Shown here: in pieces, positions 1 to 8,398 of the stretch
Position numbering within the stretch: the first letter of the stretch is position 1
Layout: every line of letters starts with the position of its first letter
Assembly (NCBI RefSeq): GCF_005696695.1
Contig: NZ_CP040006.1
Span: 540,001 to 572,000 of the forward strand
Length of the DNA stretch: 32,000 nucleotides
Source of the DNA: Schaalia odontolytica
GTDB taxonomy: Bacteria; Actinomycetota; Actinomycetes; Actinomycetales; Actinomycetaceae
Direction: 5' to 3'
The notes under the pieces: model-generated
Database searches by the model: none
What the model saw: the letters and a program-made list of their open reading frames with translations, nothing else
What the model was told of the DNA's origin: nothing
Translations under genes and position numbers: made by a program

Positions 1-1067
1 GAGGCCACGTACGTCAGAATCGCGGTCGGAACCATGAGGACGAACGCCCACCACACGTCTGCGAGGAGTGCTCCGCGGATCGGCGTAGGATGTCCCGCGC
101 GCCAGCGGCACGTCACCTCGCGCAGTGCGACGAACAGCCCGAGGAAGGCAAGCACGTAAATACCGGACCACTTGACGGAGCAGGCGAGACCCGCGCAGAT
201 GCCAGCCGCGAAAAGCCACGGGCGGTTTCCTGCATTGGGGCCGATCGCAAAGGGGCGGCGATCGCGCAGTGTCAGGTGCGCCCAAGCGGAGCGCCACCCC
301 TGCCTCGGCTCGCCCAGTCCATCCCAAGTCGCCAGCTTGGCGATGAGTGCGGGCTGTGCCATGTGCTGATCCTTCACGACGCACAGGAATGCGGCCAGCG
401 CAAACATCGCGAGGAATCCGTCGAGGATGGATGTGCGGCTCATGACAATCGCCATGCCGTCCGTCGCGAGGAACAGGCCTGCGAGGAGGGTGATGGCGGG
501 GGAGCGGAACAGGTTCTGCGCGAGGCGGCACAGCAGGAATACGGTGATGACGCCGCAGATTGCCGCCGCGATGCGCCACCCCACCGGATCTGCCTGGCCG
601 AAGAACTTCATGCCCATCGCGATCAGCCACTTGCCCGTCGGCGGGTGAACGGGATAGCCGCCCACCGCGGACAAGCCGGAGGTGTCGCCGTTCGCGAACG
701 CGGTGTCGACGTCTTTGGCCCACGTTCCCTCGTATCCGAGGGCGAGGAGTGACCAGGCGTCCTTCACGTAGTAGGTCTCGTCGAAGATGAGCGTGCGGAC
801 GTTACCCAGTCCTGGCAGTCGGATGAGAGCGGCGACGAGCGTCGCAATCGCTGTCGCTACCCACCCCGCTGTGGGCGTCGACAGGCGCGGCGCCCATCCA
901 TCGGTCGGGGGAGTGGACGAGGCCTTGGCTGGCTGTGCGGGGACCTCGTCGTTGGTCGCCGGCTCGCGCTCGGGGAGGTCGCTGGCGATCTCGTCGCCTG
1001 CCGCCTCCTGCTCGAGGGGGTCCGCGGTCTCGTCGATCGTGTCGTTGTGTGCGTTCGCAGTATCCAT
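1..1067 (-). CDS. pmt: Protein O-mannosyltransferase (GT39 / PMT family), N-terminal ~355 codons. The 3' end lies beyond the window edge.
   Basis: Absent from the ORF track because there is no in-window stop. Reading the reverse complement from ATG (1067-1065) stays open to position 1. It gives MDTANAHNDTIDET...GWVATAIATLVAALIRLPGLGNVRTLIFDETYYVKDAWSLLALGYEGTW...VHPPTGKWLIAMGMKFFG... The IFDE-YYVKDA loop and HPPxGKxLIA are PMT-family hallmarks, followed by several hydrophobic segments. Confidence 0.8.
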   Translation of the reverse strand, partial: MDTANAHNDTIDETADPLEQEAAGDEIASDLPEREPATNDEVPAQPAKASSTPPTDGWAPRLSTPTAGWVATAIATLVAALIRLPGLGNVRTLIFDETYYVKDAWSLLALGYEGTWAKDVDTAFANGDTSGLSAVGGYPVHPPTGKWLIAMGMKFFGQADPVGWRIAAAICGVITVFLLCRLAQNLFRSPAITLLAGLFLATDGMAIVMSRTSILDGFLAMFALAAFLCVVKDQHMAQPALIAKLATWDGLGEPRQGWRSAWAHLTLRDRRPFAIGPNAGNRPWLFAAGICAGLACSVKWSGIYVLAFLGLFVALREVTCRWRAGHPTPIRGALLADVWWAFVLMVPTAILTYVA

Positions 1068-1134
1068 CGCATCCGAGTCTAGCGGCCCTATCGCGCTGAA
1101 AGGAGTGCGGCGCACATTCGCTCTTGCACTTGGA

Positions 1135-1186
1135 GAGAATGTTCAGCTTGAGCCTCTTGAGAATTGTTCTCGCTTGTGGCTATAAT
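1135..1186 (+). promoter_or_regulatory. Candidate promoter (TTGAGA-18 nt-TATAAT) with two tandem AT-rich operator-like sites for the metal ABC operon
   Basis: TTGAGA at 1157-1162 and TATAAT at 1181-1186, with an 18-nt spacer. A perfect 5-3-5 palindrome GAGAATTGTTCTC (1159-1171) sits between the -35 and -10. A related GAGAATGTTCAG lies at 1135-1146. The region is AT-rich within a GC-rich genome. AGGAG RBS at 1209-1213. Confidence 0.45.
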
Positions 1187-1218
1187 TTCGTGTACCCGAA
1201 AATTGCACAGGAGCAATA

Positions 1219-2361
1219 ATGTTTTCCTCGACGACGCGCGGCGTAGCAGCCGCCGCTGGGCTGGCCCTGGCAACCGCCTCGCTGGCCGCCTGCTCGCCCT
1301 CCTCCTCGGCCCACGGCCTCGCGGTCGTTGCCACGACCACGCAGATCTGCGACTACGTCACCCAGATCGCCGCGAAATCCGCCGACATTTCCCTCGACAA
1401 GACCGACGCCGCCGGAAAGAGCAGCCACGTCGGCGCGCAGAAAGATGGCGCCGCCCTCTCCATGAGCCTCACCTGCCTGCTCGCCCCCAACGCATCCGCG
1501 CACGAGCACGAGATGACCCCCGCGCAGACCTCGGCACTCGCACAAGCCGACGTCATGGCGGTCTCCGGCGTGGACCTCGAGCACTTCCTCGACGACGCTG
1601 TCGTCTCCTCCGGCTTCAAGGGACGCATGGTTGTCACCTCGGGCGTCCTGACAGCTGCCGACATCGACAACCCGGGTACCCCGGACCCCGAGGGCCCCTA
1701 CACGATTGATCGCGGAAGTGAGCGCGTGGACGTCGCCCCGTGGCCGTTCCCTCCGGAGGAAGCGGGGGAGGAGCCCGAATTCCGCTTCGACCCGCACGTG
1801 TGGACCTCGCCGAAGGGCACCCGCGTCCAGGTCGCTAACCTCGGCGCGGGCCTCGCAGCCGCAGCGCCCGACGCTGCCTCGTCGATCAACGCGGCCACTG
1901 CCTCGTACCTGGAGGACATCGACGCCCTCGATCAGTGGACCGCCGAGGCCATCAAGACCGTGCCGGAAGGCCAGCGCGTGCTCTTTACCTCCCACGACGC
2001 CTTCGGCTACTTCTCGAGGGACTACGGCATCCGCTTCATCGGCGCCGCCCTGTCCGACTTCAACGAGCAGCAGGACGCCACCGCCGACCACATCGCCAAG
2101 GCCGTCGAGGCCGTCAAGGAATCCGGCGCGGTCGCGCTCTTCGCCGAAAACTCCAACAACTCCAAGTCCATCGAGGCGATTGCTCGCGCGGCCGGCGTGA
2201 CCCCCATCGTGGGCGAGGACGCCATGTACGGCGACTCGTTGGGTCCCGATGGATCAGAAGGGGCCACCTACGTTGGCTCGATTATCCACAACGTGCGTGC
2301 CGTGACGCAGGCGTGGGGCGGCGCCGTCCCGCAACTGCCCGAGCGCCTGAAGGATCAGTGA
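1219..2361 (+). CDS. Metal (Zn/Mn/Fe class, cluster A-I / TroA-ZnuA-like) ABC transporter substrate-binding lipoprotein
   Basis: Signal peptide with lipobox LAAC (MFSSTTRGVAAAAGLALATASLAAC). Family-typical motifs SAHEHEMTP, DPHVWTSP, TSHDAFGYF and LFAENS. AGGAG sits 5 nt upstream of the ATG. First gene of a translationally coupled four-gene operon. Confidence 0.85.
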   Translation: MFSSTTRGVAAAAGLALATASLAACSPSSSAHGLAVVATTTQICDYVTQIAAKSADISLDKTDAAGKSSHVGAQKDGAALSMSLTCLLAPNASAHEHEMTPAQTSALAQADVMAVSGVDLEHFLDDAVVSSGFKGRMVVTSGVLTAADIDNPGTPDPEGPYTIDRGSERVDVAPWPFPPEEAGEEPEFRFDPHVWTSPKGTRVQVANLGAGLAAAAPDAASSINAATASYLEDIDALDQWTAEAIKTVPEGQRVLFTSHDAFGYFSRDYGIRFIGAALSDFNEQQDATADHIAKAVEAVKESGAVALFAENSNNSKSIEAIARAAGVTPIVGEDAMYGDSLGPDGSEGATYVGSIIHNVRAVTQAWGGAVPQLPERLKDQ

Positions 2362-3077
2362 TGGGCAGACTCGTCTCCTTTCACGACGCGGCGCTGGGGT
2401 ATGGGAATACCCCGGCGCTGACCGGCCTGACCCTCGACGTGTTCGGGGGCCAGGCCCTCGCCCTTGTCGGCCCCAACGGCGGCGGCAAGACGACTCTCAT
2501 GCGAGGTATCGTTGGCGGCTGCTCAGTCCTGTCCGGGACCGTCGAGGTGGAGGCAACGCGCATCGGCCTCGTGCCCCAGAGCGCCGACCTGGACCTCACG
2601 TTCCCCGTGAGCGCTGCCGAGGTCGTCACCATGGGGCTCATCGCCGAGGCCGGCTGGGGCAGGCGCATCACCGCGGACATGCGCGCGCGCGTGAGTGCCG
2701 CCCTCGAGCGCGTGAACCTCTCCGACCGGGCCACCCACCGCTTCGGGACGCTCAGCGGCGGGCAGCGCCAGCGCGTCCTCGTCGCGCGTGCCCTGGTCGC
2801 GCGCCCCGAGCTGGTCATGATGGACGAACCCTTCAACGGCCTGGACGCTCCCAGCCGCGACATCATCACGGGCCTCATCGCCGACCTGACCGCTGACGGT
2901 GTCGGCGTCATCGTGTCCACGCACGACCTGTCGCTTGCGCGCGACGTGTGCTCCCAGGCGTGCGTGCTCGCCTCCCGCCTCGTCGCCCTGGGGCCCACCG
3001 ACGAGGCCCTCGCGCCCGCGGTCTTGGCGCGCGCCTACGGATCGAGCGCCGACGAGGCGATTGCGGCCCTGTCATGA
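2361..3077 (+). CDS. Metal ABC transporter ATP-binding protein
   Basis: Start ATG 2361 overlaps the upstream TGA (gTGATG). Walker A GPNGGGKTT, signature LSGGQRQRV, Walker B LVMMDEP. The track ORF 1935..3077 is a 5'-extended version of this gene. Confidence 0.9.
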   Translation: MGRLVSFHDAALGYGNTPALTGLTLDVFGGQALALVGPNGGGKTTLMRGIVGGCSVLSGTVEVEATRIGLVPQSADLDLTFPVSAAEVVTMGLIAEAGWGRRITADMRARVSAALERVNLSDRATHRFGTLSGGQRQRVLVARALVARPELVMMDEPFNGLDAPSRDIITGLIADLTADGVGVIVSTHDLSLARDVCSQACVLASRLVALGPTDEALAPAVLARAYGSSADEAIAALS

Positions 3078-3955
3078 TCGCCCCCTACCTGCTGCGCCCT
3101 CTCATCGTCCTCGGCCTGCTCGCGCTCGCGGTGGGACCAGCCTCGACGCTGGTCAACCTGCGCCGCGCCGAATTCAGCGCCGAAACGATGGTCCACGGCG
3201 TCTTTCCTGGCATCGTCGTTGGCATGGCGGTCGGCGGGCGCGACGCGATCATCCCGGGCGGCGCCGTGTGCGCCGCACTCATCGCGGCAGCACTGACGAC
3301 GGCCTCTCGCAAACAGCGCCACTCCGAGGCGACGACCGCGGTCCTGCTCACCGCCTTCTTCTCCCTCGGCATCGTGATCTCCCTGCGCATCGGGGACATG
3401 TCAGGGCAGCTCGAATCCCTCATGTTCGGCCGCCTCCTGGATATCACGCCCTCTCGAATGTCGGTGAGTGCTCTGGTCCTCGTGGTTGCGGGCGCCCTGC
3501 TTGCCCTCACCTGGCGCGCGCAGGTCGCGGTGGCCTTCGACCGCGAGGCCGCGCACGTCAGCGGCATCCCGGTCACCTGGATTGACATCGCGTTCAACGC
3601 GGCGCTCGGAGCCATCGTGGTCGCGGCGTCGACGGCGGTCGGGGTCCTCCTCGTCGTCGGATATCTTGTGGTGCCCGGAGCCTTCGGTCGCCTCCTCGCG
3701 GCGGGACCACGCTCGATGATGTTCCTGGCCGGCGCCTGCGCGCTCATCGGGGGATGGGCCGGATTTGGCGTTTCCCTCCTGCGTGCGCCGCGCCCGCTCT
3801 CCCCGCAGGCGTGCGTCGCCATGGGGGTCCTCGTCTGCTTCGCTGCCGCGTGCGCCATCCGCGAGATCCGCGCCCGGCGCGCCCACGCGGTCGGAGCCGC
3901 GCGTGAAACGTCGCGTGAAACGACCGTGACCGCCGGGGGAGGGGAGGCCTCGTGA
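3074..3955 (+). CDS. Metal ABC transporter permease (ABC-3 family), subunit 1
   Basis: ATGA start/stop overlap with the ATPase gene. Highly hydrophobic multi-TM protein (MIAPYLLRPLIVLGLLALAVG...). Position and composition are typical of TroC/MntC/ZnuB-like permeases. Confidence 0.85.
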   Translation: MIAPYLLRPLIVLGLLALAVGPASTLVNLRRAEFSAETMVHGVFPGIVVGMAVGGRDAIIPGGAVCAALIAAALTTASRKQRHSEATTAVLLTAFFSLGIVISLRIGDMSGQLESLMFGRLLDITPSRMSVSALVLVVAGALLALTWRAQVAVAFDREAAHVSGIPVTWIDIAFNAALGAIVVAASTAVGVLLVVGYLVVPGAFGRLLAAGPRSMMFLAGACALIGGWAGFGVSLLRAPRPLSPQACVAMGVLVCFAAACAIREIRARRAHAVGAARETSRETTVTAGGGEAS

Positions 3956-4809
3956 TTGCCAGCCTCCTCCTGTACCCCGCGCTTCACGTGACGATCATCG
4001 GGGCCCTGGGCGGCCTCGTCGGTGCCTTCGCCTACCTGGACCGACGCATCTTCTTCGCCGAATCCGTCACGCACGGCACGTTCCCGGGCGCGGTTCTCGG
4101 CGTCGTCATTGCCGCCGCCCTTGGCTTTGGGCACTCCGGCATGTCGGCGGCGCTCTACGTTGGAGCGTTCCTGGGGACCATCCCGCTCGTCGCCCTCATG
4201 CGCAGGCTCGCCACGATCCCGGGTATCTCCAGCCAAGGCGCAGCCGGCATCGTGCTGACCGCCGGTTTTGCTTCCGGTTACTTCCTGGCGACCTGGTTCA
4301 AGCCCCTGCCCCTCGCGGTCAACTCCTTCCTGACAGGCTCCGTCATGACGGTCTCGCCCGCCGACGTCGCCTGGGCGGGTGGAGTGCTCGTGGTCGCTCT
4401 GCTTGTCGTGACGTTGGGTGGGCGCCACCTGATCGCCCACTGTTTCGATCCCGCCAACCCCGCCGCCGCCTCGCGCGCCGGGCGTCACGAGCTCGTCATC
4501 CTCGGCCTCATCCTCGCCTCAGTCACCGTGGCGATCCCCGCAGTCGGCACGATCCTGTCGATCGCGCTCATTGCCGCGCCGGCCGCGGCGCTCGCGCCTC
4601 TCGTGCGCAGCTCGCGCGCCTTCCTCGTCGGCTGCCCTCTGTTGGGGGCGCTCCTCGGAATCGTCGGTCTCGCGGTCGCCGTCCCCGCGCGCCTGAGCGC
4701 AGGCGGAACCATCGCGCTCCTGTGCGCCGCGTGCGTCCTCGCCTCGCGCGTCCCCCAATGGGTGGCGGGCGCGAGGCGGACGCGCCGTGCGCGCGCAGGA
4801 AACCAGTGA
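3952..4809 (+). CDS. Metal ABC transporter permease (ABC-3 family), subunit 2
   Basis: GTGA overlap with the preceding permease. Paralogous hydrophobic protein (ESVTHGTFPGAVLGVV here, compared with ETMVHGVFPGIVVGMAV in subunit 1). A two-permease layout is typical of the TroABCD/MntABCD type. Confidence 0.85.
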   Translation: MIASLLLYPALHVTIIGALGGLVGAFAYLDRRIFFAESVTHGTFPGAVLGVVIAAALGFGHSGMSAALYVGAFLGTIPLVALMRRLATIPGISSQGAAGIVLTAGFASGYFLATWFKPLPLAVNSFLTGSVMTVSPADVAWAGGVLVVALLVVTLGGRHLIAHCFDPANPAAASRAGRHELVILGLILASVTVAIPAVGTILSIALIAAPAAALAPLVRSSRAFLVGCPLLGALLGIVGLAVAVPARLSAGGTIALLCAACVLASRVPQWVAGARRTRRARAGNQ

Positions 4810-4821
4810 GACGATACGGGC

Positions 4822-5727
4822 ATGGAAGCAGCGACCGACACGACCAACGCCCCCGAGGCTGCCTCGACGTCCAAGGACGCTCGCGCGCAGGAACCCTACC
4901 GCCAGGAGGCGGGGACCATCCTGCTGGCCGCCACCCCGATCGGGGACGTGCGTGACGCCTCGCCCCGCGTCGTCGCCGCGCTTCAAGGAGCGGACATTGT
5001 CGCCGCCGAGGACACGCGCCGCGCGCTCGCCCTGGCCTCGCGCCTAGGCATCAAGCTGGGTGGCCGCCTCGTCGCCCTGCACGACCACAACGAGGCCGAG
5101 AAGGCCGCGGGCATCGTCGAGGCCGCCAGGGGAGGGGCGCGCGTCGTCTTCGTGTCCGACGCGGGAATGCCCACGGTCTCTGACCCTGGCTTCCGGCTGG
5201 CTCGTGCCGCCATCGACGCGGGCGTTCCTCTGTCCGTTCTGCCCGGTCCCTCCGCGCCGCTCGTGGCCCTCGCCCTGTCCGGCCTGCCGTCGGACCGCTT
5301 CGCCTTCGAGGGATTCCTACCGCGCAAGGATGGGGATGCCACGCGCTACCTGCAGGACCTCGCGACCGACCCGCACACGCTCATCTTCTTCGAATCGCCC
5401 CGGCGCGCAGCCGCCACGCTGACACGCATGGCCGAGGTCTTTGGCGCCGACCGCTCCGCCGCGCTGTGCCGCGAGCTCACGAAGGACTACGAGGAGGTGC
5501 GCCGCGGTACGCTCGGGCAGCTCGCGGAAGGTGCCGACGACGTCCTCGGCGAGGTGACGATCGTTGTCGCCGGATACGCGCGAAGCGCACGCGCCGAAGA
5601 CCACGTCGGTGCCGTCCTCGCGCTCGCGGCGGAAGGCATGCGCCTCAAAGACGCCGCAGCTGAGGTGGCTGCGGCGACGGGCGCGCGCAAGAACGACCTC
5701 TACAAGGCCGCTCTCGCCGCGCGATAA
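4822..5727 (+). CDS. rsmI: 16S rRNA (cytidine1402-2'-O)-methyltransferase
   Basis: TILLAATPIGDVRDASPRVV..L..ADIVAAEDTRR, VVFVSDAGMPTVSDPG, LPGPSAPLVALALSGLPSDRFAFEGFLPRK, CRELTKDYEEVRRGTL: a typical RsmI tetrapyrrole-methylase-fold signature. Confidence 0.9.
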   Translation: MEAATDTTNAPEAASTSKDARAQEPYRQEAGTILLAATPIGDVRDASPRVVAALQGADIVAAEDTRRALALASRLGIKLGGRLVALHDHNEAEKAAGIVEAARGGARVVFVSDAGMPTVSDPGFRLARAAIDAGVPLSVLPGPSAPLVALALSGLPSDRFAFEGFLPRKDGDATRYLQDLATDPHTLIFFESPRRAAATLTRMAEVFGADRSAALCRELTKDYEEVRRGTLGQLAEGADDVLGEVTIVVAGYARSARAEDHVGAVLALAAEGMRLKDAAAEVAAATGARKNDLYKAALAAR

Positions 5728-5745
5728 AAACGAGGTCGGGGATCC

Positions 5746-6303
5746 TCAGACGATCTCGACGTGCTCCGACGTCATCCACTGGCGGGCCGACGCGCCCAGC
5801 TCCTCGGTCACGGGCGCGGTCAGCTCACGCAGGACACGCGTCTTGAAGTCCGCGCGAGCGGCGTCGACCGCCGTGCATGCGACGCAGTGCGACTCGGCGA
5901 GGCCCACGACGTCCACGTCCGTGATGCCAGCGTTGCGCAGGACCTGCTCCAGCGTCTCGCCCTCCTCGGTCGTTCCCTCGAAGCCCGAGTAGGCGGCCTT
6001 GTACTGGCCTTTCTTAATCGTCACGTCCGCGTTCACGTGCGCGAGAGCAGGGTGCAGCTCGGCCTCGGCCGTGCCCGCGACGCCGTGCGGGGGCCAGGTG
6101 TCCACGAAATCCGGCGTCTCGGAGAAGTGAGCGCCCGGATCGATGTGCCAATCCTGCGTCGTGACGATCAGCTGGTACTCGTCGCGGTGCGCGTCCACGT
6201 AGGCGGCCACGGCCTCGGCGATGGCGTTACCGCCCGTCACGGGGAGAGCACCACCTTCGCAGAACGTGGGCTGAACGTCGACGATAATGAGTGCGCGGGC
6301 CAT
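5746..6303 (-). CDS. pncA: Nicotinamidase/pyrazinamidase (isochorismatase-like hydrolase)
   Basis: Start chosen at MARALIIVDVQ (ATG 6303-6301), with GGGAGG 5 nt upstream. The track ORF extends 17 codons further. Motifs: catalytic Asp (IIVDVQ), metal site QDWHIDPGAHF, Lys in IKKGQY, Cys in GLAESHCVACTA. Confidence 0.85.
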   Translation of the reverse strand: MARALIIVDVQPTFCEGGALPVTGGNAIAEAVAAYVDAHRDEYQLIVTTQDWHIDPGAHFSETPDFVDTWPPHGVAGTAEAELHPALAHVNADVTIKKGQYKAAYSGFEGTTEEGETLEQVLRNAGITDVDVVGLAESHCVACTAVDAARADFKTRVLRELTAPVTEELGASARQWMTSEHVEIV

Positions 6304-6434
6304 GAAACCTCCCTGATAAATCAGTAATTTCCCCAAGCGTATCACCCGGGTCACATTCGCCCAAGGGCTGTTTCAATTCCTCGATATGCGGCCGGTTGCC
6401 CGTTTATGACACCAACGCAGTATTGTTAGGGGCT

Positions 6435-8276
6435 ATGAGTCGTATTCTGTCCGCCGTCGCATGGCCCTACGCCAACGGCCCCCGTCATATTGGCCACGTT
6501 GCGGGATTCGGTGTCCCCTCCGACGTTTTCTCCCGGTACATGCGAATGGCCGGCCACGACGTCCTCATGGTGTCCGGCACCGATGAACACGGCACCCCCA
6601 TCCTGGTGGCCGCCGACGGCGCCGGCGTGAGCGCCCGCGAACTCGCAGACCAGAACAACCGCCTCATCGTCGAGGACCTCGTGGCCCTGGGCCTGTCCTA
6701 CGACCTCTTCACTCGCACGACCGCCGGCAACCACTACCGTGTCGTCCAGGACATGTTCGCCACCGTGCGCGACAACGGCTACATGATCGAGCAGGTCACC
6801 CGCGCCGCGATCTCCCCGTCCACCGGCCGCACCCTGCCCGACCGCTACATCGAGGGCACCTGCCCGATCTGCGGCGCCGAAGGAGCGCGCGGCGACCAGT
6901 GCGATAACTGCGGTAACCAGATGGACCCGACCGAGCTCATCAACCCGCACTCGCGCATTAACGGCGAGACCCCCAACTTCGTGGAGTCCACCCACTACTT
7001 CCTCGACCTGCCCGCCCTGGCCGAGGCCCTGTCCGCCTGGCTCGACGAGCGCGAGAAGTCCGGCACCTGGCGTCCCAACGTCATCAAGTTCTCCCAGAAC
7101 TTCCTCGAGGACATCCGCCCCCGCGCCATGACGCGCGACATCGACTGGGGTATCCCGGTCCCCGGCTGGGAAGACCAGCCCACCAAGCGCCTCTACGTGT
7201 GGTTCGACGCCGTCATCGGCTACCTGAGCGCCTCCATCGAGTGGGCGCGCCGCACCGGCGACCCCGAGGCCTGGCGCAAGTGGTGGAACGACCCCGAGGC
7301 CCTGTCCTACTACTTCATGGGCAAGGACAACATCGTCTTCCACTCCCAGATCTGGCCCGCCGAGCTGCTCGGCTACAACGGCCAGGGCGCGAAGGGTGGA
7401 GCTCCCGGCGACCTGGGCGTCCTCAACCTGCCCACCGAGGTCGTCTCCTCCGAGTTCCTCACCATGGAGGGCAAGAAGTTCTCCTCCTCGCACGGCATCG
7501 TCATCTACGTGCGCGATTTCCTCTCGCGTTACCAGGCCGACGCCCTGCGCTACTTCATCAGCGCCGCCGGCCCCGAGACCTCGGACTCCGACTTCACGTG
7601 GGCTGAGTTCGTGCGCCGCACCAACGGCGAGCTCGTCGCCGGTTGGGGCAACCTGGTCAACCGCACCGCCTCCATGATCGCCAAGAAGTTCGGTGAGATC
7701 CCCACCCCCGGTGAGCTCGAGGACATCGACCGCGCCCTCCTGGATGCCGTCGAGGCCGGTTTTGAGACCGTCGGCAACCTGATTCGCCACCACCGCCAGA
7801 AGGCGGCGCTGTCTGAGGCCATGCGCCTGGTCGGCGAGGCCAACAAGTACGTGACCGACACCGAGCCCTTCAAGCTGAAGGCCCCCGAGCAGCAGGAGCG
7901 CCTCGCGACGGTCCTGTGGACCCTGGCCCAGGCGGTCACGGACCTCAACCTCATGCTCTCCCCGTTCCTGCCCCACGCGGCCAACGACATCGACCGCGTC
8001 ATGGGCGGCACAGGCGAGATCGCGCCGATGCCCTACATCGAGGAGGTCGCCGAGCTCGACCCGCAGGTCCTGCCCGCCAACTTCGAGGGCCGCGACGGCT
8101 ACCCGATCATCACGGGCGACTACACGAACGTCCCGACCTGGGAGCGCCACCCGATCACGGTTGGTACCCCGATCGCCAAGCCTACGCCGGTGTTCGTGAA
8201 GCTGGATGAGTCCATTGTCGAGGAGGAGCTTGCCCGCTACGCGGACGCTCACCCCGACGATGTGACGGGTGCCTGA
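6435..8276 (+). CDS. metG: Methionine--tRNA ligase
   Basis: Class I HIGH motif ([11 protein letters not shown]), zinc knuckle CPICG...CDNCG, KMSKS-type loop (KFSSSHG). Start set at ATG 6435 (MSRILSAV...); the track start at 6396 is a TTG extension. Confidence 0.95.
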   Translation: MSRILSAVAWPYANGPRHIGHVAGFGVPSDVFSRYMRMAGHDVLMVSGTDEHGTPILVAADGAGVSARELADQNNRLIVEDLVALGLSYDLFTRTTAGNHYRVVQDMFATVRDNGYMIEQVTRAAISPSTGRTLPDRYIEGTCPICGAEGARGDQCDNCGNQMDPTELINPHSRINGETPNFVESTHYFLDLPALAEALSAWLDEREKSGTWRPNVIKFSQNFLEDIRPRAMTRDIDWGIPVPGWEDQPTKRLYVWFDAVIGYLSASIEWARRTGDPEAWRKWWNDPEALSYYFMGKDNIVFHSQIWPAELLGYNGQGAKGGAPGDLGVLNLPTEVVSSEFLTMEGKKFSSSHGIVIYVRDFLSRYQADALRYFISAAGPETSDSDFTWAEFVRRTNGELVAGWGNLVNRTASMIAKKFGEIPTPGELEDIDRALLDAVEAGFETVGNLIRHHRQKAALSEAMRLVGEANKYVTDTEPFKLKAPEQQERLATVLWTLAQAVTDLNLMLSPFLPHAANDIDRVMGGTGEIAPMPYIEEVAELDPQVLPANFEGRDGYPIITGDYTNVPTWERHPITVGTPIAKPTPVFVKLDESIVEEELARYADAHPDDVTGA

Positions 8277-8332
8277 TCTGGGGTTTTCCCTGGCATGACG
8301 CCACTTGCGATGAGTGTGGCGTACGTTTGACA

Positions 8333-8368
8333 GCGCGCGGGCGGGACGGATGTGTCCCGCCCGCGCGC
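8333..8368 (+). terminator. GC-rich hairpin downstream of metG (15-bp perfect stem, 6-nt loop)
   Basis: GCGCGCGGGCGGGAC (8333-8347), loop GGATGT, then GTCCCGCCCGCGCGC (8354-8368). Followed by TCGTCTGTCTC, a weak interrupted T-tract. Lies 57 nt after the metG stop. Confidence 0.6.
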
Positions 8369-8398
8369 TCGTCTGTCTCGGGGTGTTACCGTGAGGTC

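Noticed and set aside
90-1185. Plus-strand ORFs 90-752, 172-369, 427-648, 560-790 and 787-1185 at the left edge
   Set aside because: The minus strand in this interval encodes a convincing PMT-family mannosyltransferase N-terminus that runs off the window. The plus-strand ORFs are Arg/Ala-rich overlapping artefacts.
1164-2200. Overlapping ORFs 1164-1709 (+), 1180-2091 (-), 1706-2200 (+) and 1353-1670 (-) across the binding-protein gene
   Set aside because: The frame 1219-2361 has a lipoprotein signal peptide, an RBS and the metal-binding-protein motifs. The others are out-of-frame or antisense low-complexity artefacts.
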